Source: Phoronis australis
Taxonomy: Eukaryota; Animalia; Phoronida
DNA length: 64,000 nt
NCBI GenBank assembly: GCA_002633005.1
Contig: NMRA01000595.1
Span: 194,225-258,224, forward strand
Direction of reading: 5' to 3'
Shown: in pieces, positions 24,901-36,407 of the stretch
Numbering within the stretch: position 1 is the first letter of the stretch
Layout of the letters: every line of letters starts with the position of its first letter
Translations under genes and position numbers: made by a program
The notes under the pieces: generated by a model
Seen by the model: the letters and a program-made list of their open reading frames with translations, nothing else
What the model was told of the DNA's origin: nothing
Databases searched by the model: none

Positions 24901-26011
24901 CACAAATTTTGATATCAAAAAGTTGACGAGACATTATGAAATATATTTTGTTGTTGAAACCCTTGAAAAATCAAGCAAACGTCAAGACTTCTACAGTTGT
25001 GTAGTGCAGTCAAACTGAAACGAAAACGAGAAAAGCAGCGGCGGCTTTTGTGATAGAGATTGTCAAAAATGATCGTTTTCATTTTGCATCATGCATCAAA
25101 TAAAATCTTTAATCCTGGGTGGGAAAGTCCCAAAGTCGAGGGTACTTGCATTGTCTTACAATAACCGTGAGAAATCCTAATCGGTGTCAAATTGAAACAA
25201 AAGTGAGAAAAACAATGGCAGCTTTTGTGATAGGGATTGTCAAAAAAGATCACAGCAGAACTTAAAGAGATGGCATCATACATCAAACGAATAAAACTTA
25301 AGACAATAGAATGGGTTTTGCATGATGTCTCTTATGAATAAAACAATATGTCCTTTTGATACGATCGAGTGATGGTATTTTAACCACTTCTTTATCTTAT
25401 TGTAAATATTGACATTATTTATGTAGATCGATGTAAATAAAGTGAAAGTGTAATACTATGTGACTTAGTGTATGAAAGTGCTTCCCCCTCCCATTTCCTC
25501 TATCCGTATTTTGTAATAATCTCATCTTAATTGCAAGCATAATCAATATGAGTTATTTTCAAAATACCTATTTGTTTTGTACGATGTACTGTTGCTTACG
25601 TTGTAAGGATACCTAACTAGGGCCACCCAACCCCAGCTATATTCACTAATTATAATTGATAATATGATTACTGCGTAAATGAATGTATTAAATGAGAAAA
25701 GAAATCACCTATTTTTTAATCCTACAGTTGGTTTACCCTTTTTGACTTTTAAAAATGCAACAAACCCAATTTTAAGGCTTAATTGGTAAATTGCTAAATA
25801 TTACTGGAATGTTTATTCCATGGCCTATCTACATTTGCAACATTTTACGTCACGTGTTCAATACATGGACAAAGTTATATTCTGTCATTGTAAGTTCATT
25901 ATGTTGCACATTTGAAATACTAGTCATACTTACATGGTAATTGACATGCACACCTTGCCTCAGCAACCATCGAACTTCATCAACTTCACCTCCTCCTACA
26001 GCCCTGAACAA
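1347..26011 (-). CDS. Multi-exon ankyrin-repeat protein gene, one repeat per phase-0 exon; start exon not identified; 3' end runs off the left edge of the window
   Basis: Exons read by hand in transcript order: 25934-26011, (19699-19794), (17605-17667), 14734-14835, 9317-9418, 5830-5931, 2346-2447, 1347-1442. All intact ones are AG/GT-bounded, multiples of 3 nt, stop-free, and encode ankyrin-like (G)xxExVxxLLxxGAxxN sequence. Confidence 0.8.
2346..2447 (-). CDS. Ankyrin-repeat exon A, 102 nt (VIRRLGLRALEYTVVTGNREMVQLLIEHGADPNK)
   Basis: ttcttcag acceptor, gtaata donor, phase 0/0; lies inside ORF 2262..2537. Confidence 0.88.
5830..5931 (-). CDS. Ankyrin-repeat exon B, 102 nt (VSRLFGQNVLEFAISRGKLETVQVLLERGADPNQ)
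   Basis: ttctttag acceptor, gtaata donor, phase 0/0; not in the ORF track, translated by hand. Confidence 0.88.
9317..9418 (-). CDS. Ankyrin-repeat exon C, 102 nt (ISRLFGQDVLEYRISRGKLEAVPVLSERGADPNQ)
   Basis: Intact AG/GT sites and open frame. It differs from exon B at 8 nt, some at structural positions (A>R, Q>P, L>S), so it may be decaying. Confidence 0.72.
12764..13845 (+). pseudogene. Kolobok THAP-domain DDE transposase, frameshifted and 3'-truncated
   Basis: THAP motifs MPHCCYVPGC...FHRFP...W / RVCGKHF...DAIPSV, then CQVC...WECVTGH and DSPGRSAKYTTYTLME. Split across ORFs 12764, 12868 and 13622 by frameshifts. Confidence 0.85.
13835..14110 (-). pseudogene. KolX-like second Kolobok gene (Cys-rich, related to the P2X7 C-terminal ballast/nanor-type domain), truncated
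   Basis: GYMFEPEY...SWCKCTVCVVMPTSIECLCCSE motif, oriented convergently to the transposase inside the TIRs. Confidence 0.78.
14734..14835 (-). CDS. Ankyrin-repeat exon D, 102 nt (VHRPIKTIAHVIEGSFRERELLKLLFEPGADPNK)
   Basis: ttcttcag acceptor, gtaata donor, phase 0/0; C-terminal half is ankyrin-like, N-terminal half highly divergent. Confidence 0.78.
15812..15902. repeat. (TA)n microsatellite spanning an assembly gap
   Basis: Pure TA runs on both sides of an N run. Confidence 0.97.
16948..19761. repeat. Older duplicated block of ~720 bp (16948-17667 and ~19040-19761), each copy ending in a 96-nt-class ankyrin exon
   Basis: Shared gcagcaactatccaacaattctgctatgactgtacctctctcctaatggaat, aacttggcacatctagatcccaaatt and taattagcactgtgctt segments. 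Confidence 0.85.
17605..17667 (-). pseudogene. Truncated ankyrin pseudo-exon (NGHVDVVKHLFDYGVNQDDV)
   Basis: Only the C-terminal half of a repeat remains. The donor position reads ttaatcgg versus gtaatcga in exon 1347-1442, and the 5' half is replaced by unrelated sequence. Confidence 0.65.
19699..19794 (-). pseudogene. 96-nt-class ankyrin exon with non-canonical donor (SLKRAPPLYTSTNDHIDVVNLLLDYGLNVNDV)
   Basis: cccag acceptor, same length as exon 1347-1442; the donor reads TT instead of GT (a weak GT lies 3 nt upstream). Confidence 0.65.
19862..20036. mobile_element. Short palindromic (fold-back) non-autonomous element
   Basis: Near-perfect hairpin of ~175 bp centred on cccgaggggcgttagccccgaggg; arms gttatctagagcccgagtggattttggagaa and ttctccaaaatccactcgggctctagataac. 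Confidence 0.8.
22070..22222. mobile_element. MITE with CAGTGGCGGAT...ATCCGCCCCT termini
   Basis: Imperfect terminal inverted repeats, GC-rich interior, no ORF. Confidence 0.55.
25934..26011 (-). CDS. Ankyrin N-capping repeat exon, 78 nt (LFRAVGGGEVDEVRWLLRQGVHVNYH)
   Basis: gttacag acceptor, strong gtaagt donor, phase 0/0; matches the N-cap pattern L-x-x-A-x-x-x-G-x-x-D-E-V-R-x-L-L-x-x-G-x-x-V-N. Confidence 0.8.
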
Positions 26012-27235
26012 CTGTAACAATAAAGACATGATTCATCAAAGAACACACGCTACAATTTTCAATTTCTATATGAAGCTTGCGTGTCCTTACTACGCTAGTC
26101 TATTTAAGCAAGGCTAGTGATCTTTGTACAGTACACGAAATATTTTTTACTTTTATAGTTACTTCAGTGACAATTCAAGGTAAGAGTCAAGGCTTACTAT
26201 TCTGTGCATTAAGAAGACACAACTACATGCAAGTTCTCTAAATCTCTGTCACAAATATTGTGTTTTTCTATTACTTTACTCATACTATGAGTTCCTCGTT
26301 TACTTATGTTATGTAGTATTTGAGCTCATATTTCAATGAAAATAAAGAGCCAACTATTTACGACTTTATTTTGCACTGAAATACAGTAAAATCAATTTTG
26401 AGTACTCGAATTTTAATCCAAATGGATTAACTTTGTGTTATTGTGAATTAGTGATGGCCTGCACAGCTGTATCCCCAGGCCTTTTTCCTCAAAACGTCTT
26501 TCAATCCAGTCAGGTCGCCACTTCACGTGCAAAGTAAAATGAAATAGAACCTAAAAACTGCGCAACGTTGTGACATCACAAGATACCATGGGACCCGCAA
26601 ATGTTCATCAACTTCGCAGCCCACTATTGTGAATTGATGGCTCGTCTCTTGCGGTCCTGATTTCGATAGACTTAACTAGGAGATGGTTGGTGAAACTTAC
26701 CCACCAGCGTAACCAAAGCCTGATAGGTCGGAATGACGTTTTTAGGACTACCATGGAAGTTTGCACGCTCAAAATTTTGGTCGGCGTGCCCTCGCGACAG
26801 CTTAATTGGCATGCAGTGTCATCACTTCTCTTTAAAATTTTGCCACTAAATTTGCCACCCCTTCAAATCTCAGTAATTGCCACCGGGTCTCATTGCCTTA
26901 ACAATCAGTGGAGCACCACTGATAAGATAAGTGAGTTCCGTCCGAGGCAGCACCTCGGTAGATGGGCTGGGCACCGACGCCGGGAGAGAGCGGTGCACTC
27001 GAAAATTGTCAAGATTGGCACAAACATTTCACCAACAAGGAGACGTGAAGCGACGCAAAGTTGGTGGTGACCATGGAGAGGAACACTGTTGTCTTCCACC
27101 CGGGGTGGCGATAGAGAGCTTCTGATCACCCTTTGTTAGCTTGGTAAAAATTATTCAGACTCATCCGAGCAAAAATGGGGAGTGTGCCCTTGTTTATTTG
27201 CCTTCATTTCACATCGCCAAGTAGGGAAAGTCAGG

Positions 27236-27731
27236 GCGTAAAAATTCCAGGACACGTATTAGCAAATTTTAAAAACAATCCTAAACATCATTTTCACCCT
27301 GCAGGAAAAAATCAAGACCAAAGTTTATGAATTTAGGACCTAGAATTTATCACGTCTAATCTGTAATTGATCAAGCAAGGACCCAAAATGTAACAAGTCA
27401 GGACAGAAAATTTAATACCTCAAGACAGAAAATTAAAAACACCAGAAAGGTTTCTTGCCAGGAGACCACGTGACCATCCATAATCATTGATCAAAGGCAT
27501 AACGTTGGCACTTGGTAAAGGAGAGCTAAGAGTTCTATTTTTGTCCTGGCGGGATTAATTTTCAGCTGCGGTTTGATAAGTTTCCGGTCTTAAAGAGTTA
27601 AATTTTGGTCCTAGGCTGACCTGAGAAATTATAGGGTCCTGGCGTGATAAATTAAGGTTTTGAGTAAGGCTTTTGGTCCGCAGCGATTTTAATTGACGAA
27701 TAAAAAATATTTGTCTTGGAATTTTGTCCGC
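27236..27731. mobile_element. Degenerate fold-back element with iterated CA(G/A)GAC motifs
   Basis: ggcgtaaaaattccaggacacgtatt is inverted against aatatttgtcttggaattttgtccgc; caggac/caagac is repeated on the left and gtcctg/gtcttg on the right. Confidence 0.5.
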
Positions 27732-28112
27732 TTTTGCTTTCCATAGCCAATAGCCATTGTTCAAGATTGGCTGATAACCTAGTGCTGCTATACCGAGTCA
27801 GAATATCTGCATGAGTAAATTATAACCGTACTTGTTAGTTAGTGCAGAAACCACAATAACTTGCAGGATTCAAGTAAATGAAATGCAAACTTTCTAGTTT
27901 TTCTCCCAATAAGAAATTGATAAAATATCTCTGTTACACAGTAAGGTAAGATGGAAATGGGGAGGAAAAAGCACAAAAAACGAAAATCTCAAAATGGAGG
28001 ATTCACAATAATTTCGTTTTCAAAAAGATTTTGAACTCTCGTCAATGCCATTGCGACCTAAACGTTGAAATCAAATTACCATGCTCCCACATATTTGTCT
28101 TGGAATTGGTTA

Positions 28113-28669
28113 GGGGAGACCGGGGCTAGTTGGGCCCCGGGGCTAGTTGGGCCATCGCCCCAAACTCTGCTATTACATGTGCACTTTCAGCCTCAGTCAT
28201 TTTGAGCAATCATGCGACTTGTACCACTACACTAAAACCACGCTGGTTGAAGGCGGAGTATTTTTCTTGATCTGACAGGCAACGATTGGATTTTAACCCA
28301 GGTGAGCAAATTTTGGAGCTTCACTCGATTCAGTGCTGGCCATAAGCGGCCGTGAGCAGTGATGTAAAAATGTTTTGTTCGTGGGTTTTAACAACAGCTT
28401 ACTCTACAAGACAGGCCATCTGTTTCATCAGATTCCTCAGTGATTGATGAGGTAATCACGTGTGTATCATTTAGAGCTGTGGGGCAAGTTGGGCCCTTTG
28501 ACATGGGGCTAGTACATGTATGGCCAGGGTCCGAACTTGCTCCGTTCACTTTACTTGATATATCATCAATAAATGGGTTTTTTAGGAAATTTAATGAGTA
28601 GTATTAGACCGGCAGCCCAGAGCACTTAGCACCGATGAAGAAAGGGGTCGAACAAGCCCCGGTTTCCCC
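28113..28669. mobile_element. MITE with TA target-site duplication (Tc1/mariner-pogo-like)
   Basis: TA|GGGGAGACCGGGGC...GCCCCGGTTTCCCC|TA; subterminal ggggctagttgggcc repeats. Confidence 0.8.
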
Positions 28670-31600
28670 TACTACCGTAAAAAAGAATTGAAGCACTGAT
28701 CAATCTGCCATCAACTTGGCTAACAACAACATTGTGGGCGAGTAGAACAACCTGTCAAAGTGATGACTGTTGGAATATTCTTTCTTGCTAATTCCATGAC
28801 TTATGCTGTATATTTGGGGATAACAATCAATTCCATCACGGTGTGGCTGGGTTTCAGACATCGTTTGTGTCTTACACGTATGTAGGTAGCGAGCAAAATA
28901 ATAGTACGGTTTAAGATCACCTTTATAGTCACCATGGCATAGAAATATACGAAACATTTCCAGCTGGTCTTCAACTTATCTTTATCGCAAATGTTATTCG
29001 CTGGAAGCGACCTGACACAGTAGCCACGTCAAAACGAAACTGAATTAAGCCATGAGTGAATCCAAACGGGTGAAACTAGACTGGCATTCCGCCAATCGGT
29101 TATTTCGTGACACTTGTTGTTGACTATAATTTTCTTAAAACAATATTCTTTCACCGTAACACAGTCATCAAGAATTTTGACTCAGTGGAACAATCGCAAA
29201 TGGATTATCATTTGCTCAATTTCCTAGATATGGCCGNAATACTATAGAAGGCACGCTTACATGCTTAGTAATTCAGTGGTTCTGGACAATTCACTGAATA
29301 CAATGTATGTATGCGTGTGTGAACAAACGTTTATCACTCAGTTAAGTTCAAAACAATATAGTGGTATAAACTGGTTTGGAAATTTCCTCATCGAGGCGAC
29401 AGGAAGTGCCCAAGTCAAGCTTTTTTTGTTTCTAGTCCAACGCCGGTAAATGGTTTTCAACTTCAAATAAGGAGACGCCAACAACAAACATCGAAACCAC
29501 AAAGTACAAGAGGAATAGAACAAGTTAAGTAGTCAAAAAGTGTCAAAGAACATCCAAAGTATTACCGCTTCCTGTACGTCCATACTCGCTGCCAAAATGC
29601 AACGAACTGGATTCGGCTTACTGTAAGGGTTTTTCCAAAGTGCTTTTGATAGGTTTTCAAATTAGGTCATTACATGTATGTTTCCATTTCTATCCGCTAG
29701 GGGATTCACGTCAGTGTCGACCGTGAAGGGACCAGGCAAAAAGAATACTCGGAACGTTGAGGTAAGACTGTTATCCAGGGGTACTGGTGTAAGGGACATG
29801 ACTGATGTGTGTAATTTGCATACCCTTGTCCGGACTGCTCCGCAGCGAAACCCCGAAAGCCAACTTGTAGGATTCGCGTTTATTACCGAATTCTCTAAAT
29901 GGATGGTTTTCAATTTTGCAGTTGAACTTCAAGAGAGGGCGTCATATTTTAACGAGTTTTGTGGTAAACAATAATCCAAAATGGTTGTTACAGCGTGACT
30001 GAGAAATTAGACGTATTGATTCGAATAAATTTTTAGTTTTTTAAAATTTACAACGAAAAGTATACTTTCATGGGAAAACAGTTTCTAGTTTACGAAAGGC
30101 TACTATTTCGATCCCATTTATCATGCTAACATCCTAACATGGAATATTTTTATTGTGGTGACCATGAGTGCCGGGGTAACCATAATTCCCAAGGCGCCGT
30201 ATTCAGCCCCGGTCGTCGCTGAGCCGCCAACCGGGGGCCTCCGTGATCATAGGATCTATTTTACACGAGGAGTTAGATGAAATAATACTGAACTACATGT
30301 ATCTTTGAGTAAGAGTCTTCCACGATACCGAAAAATACACAGGAAGAATGGTGTGAGAAGAAAATGTCTAGTGCTGACCTGTAGTCAATTAGACCATGTT
30401 GGGCGTCCCAATGGCGGAGATAATGAGTACTTATTTTTATTGTGTTTTGCAGCGAGGGTATTCATTTGCACGGATAAATCCGAACATATTTAAAACGGAT
30501 GTAGGCCTAAGTCTGCGCTCCGGCCAGGAAGCGAACTTTTAATTGAGACTACTTACCGCAATAAAGCATCTTTCAAATTGTTCTTCCCTCGGATGAAAAG
30601 TGATTTCTGAACTTGCAAAGAATTGTCAGTTCATTATTTGTTGAGACTTCGCTCCGCACATAACTTGACACATTGTGACATGGTTCATATGAATCAATAA
30701 TAAATTGTAAGCTCTGTCGAGCCCTTGGCATCATATCCACGTTGATTAAGAAACAATGAAAGGCGTATTTCACAATGGTACTGTAAGTGCTCTAAATAAA
30801 AAAATGTTTGTTGCCAGGCAGACGAAATAGCTACCACATGCCGAAGAATCCCAACACAGAGATTCCGTGCCTTTCGGTATTGCCCCGACTCTTGTGGCAA
30901 ATGGCAAATACACTACTATAAGCTAAATCGTTAAACTGAAAACGTGCACTTACAAAAACTGACTGACTTTTGACTAACTGTTAACGTGAACGAAGCCTTA
31001 CTAGTTTTTGAACGACCACTCGGGAGACCCTATCCCTGAAAATTTTTAATACCTCGTGTCTCCAGAAGTGGCGCCATGGGCAATTATTCAACAAATTTTC
31101 CTATATGAATACATACATTGTGCATTCGCTGCCGGCCTCTGTCGTTTATGCCTATGAGCGTACATGTATGTAACAAAAATCTTAATGCTCTTCATTGATT
31201 GAGAAAGGGTGAGTTAAGACCACTGTCATTATAACTGGGATCAGTTTCAAAAAAGTTTTTCTGTCTTAACCTAGCCCGAATTTGATTTTAACTTAAACAA
31301 ATTTTTGGTCTAAGTCTTAGTCGGTTATCATGAAACGTGTCCCTGGACTCATGCTCTTCCTTCCTTACATTCATGTTTAGAAGGACGTAGGCCTACAGTA
31401 CAGTTCATTATTGCTTACAGGCCAATTGCACTGCTCCGACCGGATTTCCAAACGTGTTTTACTATAACCAATTTTAATTCAAACAAACGGTAGCAATTCA
31501 ACAACATTGCCTTGGAAGAGTAATACACTTGAGAGTAAAATATTTTGGACATGGTTTACAGTTGCATGCCTCCGTCTACCATTCGGTAGGTTACGTACAC

Positions 31601-34277
31601 TGTTGGCCATCTTATTGAAGAACGTTAACTTAAAATCAATTACGTACCAGAGAAACTAGGCTGTGTCAACCAGTAAAAATGCACATTTTCTGACCGAAGA
31701 AAGATTAGTGACTTCAAAAAGCACACATTATATTTACGCGATATTGTTATTCTATTTTGGTCAACCCTCAAAGTCAAATTTTCATTTCTAATAAAGGTAC
31801 AATTATAGCACATGACACCTGATTAGGCTTAGCGCCAAGCATGAAATCACTAAATTATAAACGAGTATCGACGAACTTACTAAAAAACAGAAAAAAGATA
31901 AACAGGAGATAAGTTGCCAACTTATCTCCTAGTAGGCTAAACGCGTTGAATGTGGGGATCGCGTTTGTAAACCAATACGCCTTTTTAGCATACGAGTTTC
32001 AAAGTCAAGAAACGAACTACAACTAGGGCAACTAGGGACCAACATGACTGTTTTTCTAAAATGGAAAAGTAAATTATACCCGTCTTTGAAATTTTAACAC
32101 CGGTGACGATTTTAAGGAATTAGCGAGTAGGCTTTCTTCAGCATCGTGGCTAGCGCACGTGCATTAATGTGTGAACCGGTTAGAACGGTTTAGTCACAGT
32201 CTGGCTTAGGCTGGCTTTGGAGTAAACCACAAATTTTAGCGTAGATTTTGTCTCATGACACGTTTCATTACCTTATGAGAAGTGTGTGCACTTGATATAT
32301 AACATTACAAAAACATAGATTCAAAACGGTTTTGGGGGGAGCGGGATAATTTAGTAGAATTTGTAGATATTGTTAACAAATCACTAATTCTTTATTCACG
32401 ACATTTGAATAACAAACTATTTGCACCACCGAGCCTTCTGTGGCCGACTGCCGTTAGTGTACAATTGCAATCGGTAGGTGGCGCGAATTAGATACGGAAC
32501 AAGCCTTATCAGCGTTTATATCTGAGCAGTCGGGGAACATAACACAAGACGCTTATCAGACGTATTTGCTGCGAGGACGTGATCACATTCACTGGATTTT
32601 AGTTAGGGCGCACACTGAGAACAAGTGAGCTCAATGAACGGCAGTGTATTTCGGACAATGACAAGACAGTGATTTGTGGTGAGCCACAAGTTCAACAGCG
32701 TTCTGTTACTTGTGTATTATAGACTCGTCGGGTTAAGCGGTCAACGTTTCAGCTATTTTTAGAAATGACAAGGTCTTCCACATTCACTAGGCACAAAGCG
32801 GAATTCCTGGATGAGGACTGGACATGATACGTCAACTGGAATATGATACTGTTGCGAATGAAGGTTGCATTTTAATGCACCGAACACCTTGTGGGGATTC
32901 GGTTTAGAAAGAAGCTCAATACAAGGCCAATGAGTAACAAGTAGGTCACAACAGTCGTATTGACTTTGAATATTTAGTGAATTGCTCGTTGTGGATTGGG
33001 TAGGCCTACTCCTATAAAAGAGGCCATGGTATGACATGTTCGGGTCATAATAATCAGTTGGGTGATTTTTCGCGACGCATTCCCTTAGATAATGCCTTTC
33101 CCGACAACTTTTTTTTTGTAGAGGTACGGCAGTGTTCCGTTTGAACTCCCTACGAAGAGTTTACGTTGACGGTTCTAGCAAAATTTCTCTGAACTTGAAA
33201 TTACCCAAGATCGCACATGGAGTTAAGTTCTTTAGTGCAGTGCACTTCTTTATGAACCTGGACGTGATTATTTGCCGGAGTAAACTTGTCAAGTTTACTC
33301 AGATACATTGTTAGTTCAGACATTTGCAATCCTGAGATCAAGCTGAATGCCAAGTTCAAACACACAGGATTATACCTTTGTCTGTCCTGCAGGTCTGTGG
33401 CTTTTGTGGAAAACCCGGGTACCGTCCAAAAACGAGCTTTTGATTTTTACCACTGGTACACTTAAACGGTATAAAATTGGTCTTGATACTGTTCATCGCT
33501 CAGTTGAGAACTGAATGATGATCATTCATTATTACATTAGACCATGCTCAGTGCATAAAATGACACACCGACTAAGTCTTATCTCAAGGCAATAGGAGAC
33601 TGTCAGTCCTTTTGAAGCCCTAGCATCACCTCAGTGATTACACGAAAGGGTTACTTTTTCATAGGGTCTACCTGCTAATGAGTCGCTGTTCTAGTTAATC
33701 TTGCAATGAATGGGATTCCTCATGTGTTAGCGTCACCCTGGCCGAAAATGTCGGTGATTATTCCCAGCGCAATGAGTTGACATCAAATGGCATCATCGCG
33801 TATGGGTTTGCAATTTATTGTATGTGTTGAAGCACGCTTGCAATACATGGTTGCATGCACCAGTGCGTTTGTAAGCATACAGCTAATGCCAATCAGAATG
33901 TCGCTAGTTTGTAGAAAGTTTAGTTCATTTCAAAAATAATCATGATAAGTTTCCTATATGTATAAAAGGATGCCTTTTCATAAACAATTTCCCAACGAAA
34001 GGTTCTTATTTGCAACTATATACACAACTATGGAAAGGACGGGTTTATTAATTGTCAACATTTTAAAACTGTTATGGCACTGGTGCACATATTTTTAACA
34101 GCAAGATAATCTTCTGGGGACAGTTGCATAAGAAGTTATACGCCGTATAGCAACAGTGGCGTCACATTATCATGTGTCACGTTGTTATTGTTGAACAATG
34201 CTCCTGACGTCATGCAACTTATGCCAGTTTTGATGACCAAAAGCATGAAAATTTTGAGACATCCAGTTGAGAAAATA

Positions 34278-34359
34278 GATCAAGATTGAGTCGAATACTG
34301 GATTAAAAACTTATTAATTTTTGTAAGTTTTTAATCCAGTATTCGGCTCATTCTTGATC
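34278..34359. repeat. Inverted-repeat hairpin with ~35-bp arms
   Basis: gatcaagattgagtcgaatactggattaaaaactta / taagtttttaatccagtattcggctcattcttgatc. Confidence 0.85.
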
Positions 34360-36407
34360 AGTTTTGATGACCGTTTGGCCACGTTAGTATTTTCTTTTTT
34401 TGTAGATTCATTTGGGGGATGGCATATTTTGTGTACTATGTCGCCTGTTACCTCCGTTATGTGGCTATTAGGGACTCGGACACTTAAGTGCACGACTGGA
34501 TCTCTATATTTTGATGCACACTATGATTCACGCTGGCACTGACATTGTTGTTATAGTACCGAGTCTTAGCTTTGATCGTTTGCTTTCCAGTGTTGTTGGG
34601 TTAGAATCTGACTACTATAGGTACTGTATTAGTCGAGATCAAACAAGACGTGAATACCACTCAATTTTTATGTGTTCGTTGGCCCTAGTTAAGCAGTCTC
34701 TGGAGCACCGATAAAGCGTGGTGCAGTCATATAATTGTCCCTTAAATGGGTCCTCTTTTCTAGTCTACATGGATGGATTTATGAACTAATTATCCAGCTG
34801 CGTCGCCGTCAAAAATACAATCGAGTACCCGCCCCGGATGGAACCTCCGGACTACTTGTACGCATTAGCTATGTAGCGCATTTCCCATGTCAACACTGCT
34901 CGAGGCTGAATGCAAAAATGACAGTTCAGGGTCAGAATGGTTGAACTCAAATGCCTGGACGGGTTAAATGCCGAGTGCTGATGCAATCACCAGTTTTCTG
35001 GTACCCGCTGTACGGTGGATAACAACATATTGTAATCAGGTGACTTTGCTAAATGGGTGGATATTATGTCTGGCAAATTAATTCAACGATTCTGCTTTGA
35101 CTTGCATGCTATGCATTGCAGACGGAGCTCCGACGACCTAGTTATTTGTAAAAGCGTTTGGGAATTTCCAAGAGTTCAGAACAGTACATTAAGTACGTCA
35201 CAAGTTCAGTCGTAATCACTATCGCGCCTGTAGTAAAGAATAGAAACATACGTGGGAGTGGTGCGTTGGTGTAAAGTAGGTATTTTGCTTATTGGCGGCA
35301 ACTTGAATTATGTCATTGTTGTTTGATGTGATACGCTACTGTTGTGATTTGTTTTGCAAACGAAGTGGTTCTCTTGCCGCGTGATAAACCAGTACTGAAA
35401 CCGGCACAGTGTAGGTAATGAGCTATGGAGCTTATGTAATGGTCTACAGTAGAAAGATTTTTCACTGCAGCGGTTATCTAACCGACAAGTTATCGAGCGG
35501 AAGTATATGAGTTGACGCGTCTAATTTTTGCCATGTGCGCGTATTAAGCCCAATGCGTTTTCATCCAAAATTATTGACTCGTTCATGTGCCATTTGTGTA
35601 TTTTGGTTGACCCATTTTGTGTACTTTTTCATAGTTTATCTTAGATTGAGTATACATGTACATCTGTATGTGTAGGTCTAGCTTGACTCATAAGGTATCT
35701 AAAAATATTCACACTTTGCTTTTAGTCAAATGTTTCGCATACAGTCGGATAAGCAGACAAGTGGTCACAAGTATTTTGTTCTGTACGATGCAGCTGGGGT
35801 TATCTTGGTGGCACATTGGCTGCAGTGTAAGCTATATTTGAGTGCACAGTTCACATTCTTACAGGGTCTTGTGGTTTTTGTTGAAAAGTTAATGTAAAAA
35901 CTGAATGCACGCCAAAATCAAAAGTTTTTGTAACGTTTGGTTTCACTGCTATTTTTAAATAGCTTGTTTTAAAAACTGTTGTTTATTTTAGAGTGCTTCG
36001 CATGCGTCGGATACAAATGCATGTCAGATCCTGATGCATGGGCCAAAATACGTACATGTAAATATGCTGTGTTACAAGTTGCGTGCACTTGCTGTGTACA
36101 ATCCTTTCTACCCAGTCTTTGAGTGAGTAAAATCGTCTCGTGGGTTATCGCACGTTCGTGCGTTTTGTTTATTGTAGATGTCCTGCTGCACCTAGGGTGT
36201 CAGCGGTCGTTTCCGTACGTAGCTGGTGATATTTTTTTGGATAACGTGAAATGTTGTCGCGGTCGACACTCCTCAACCGCGCTTATCGCAACAACTTTTT
36301 ACCCACCCGAAGAACTCGATTCACAAATTAATACCCGTTTTATTCCAGATCGACAATGAGCTGGAGATGACACTTCGTTACGTCACGGCTACCGTACACT
36401 GACCGTG

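Noticed and set aside
26701-26754. Possible first coding exon of the ankyrin gene (MVVLKTSFRPIRLWLRWW, gtaagt donor, phase 0)
   Set aside because: The phase fits, but the peptide is uninformative; it cannot be assigned without transcripts
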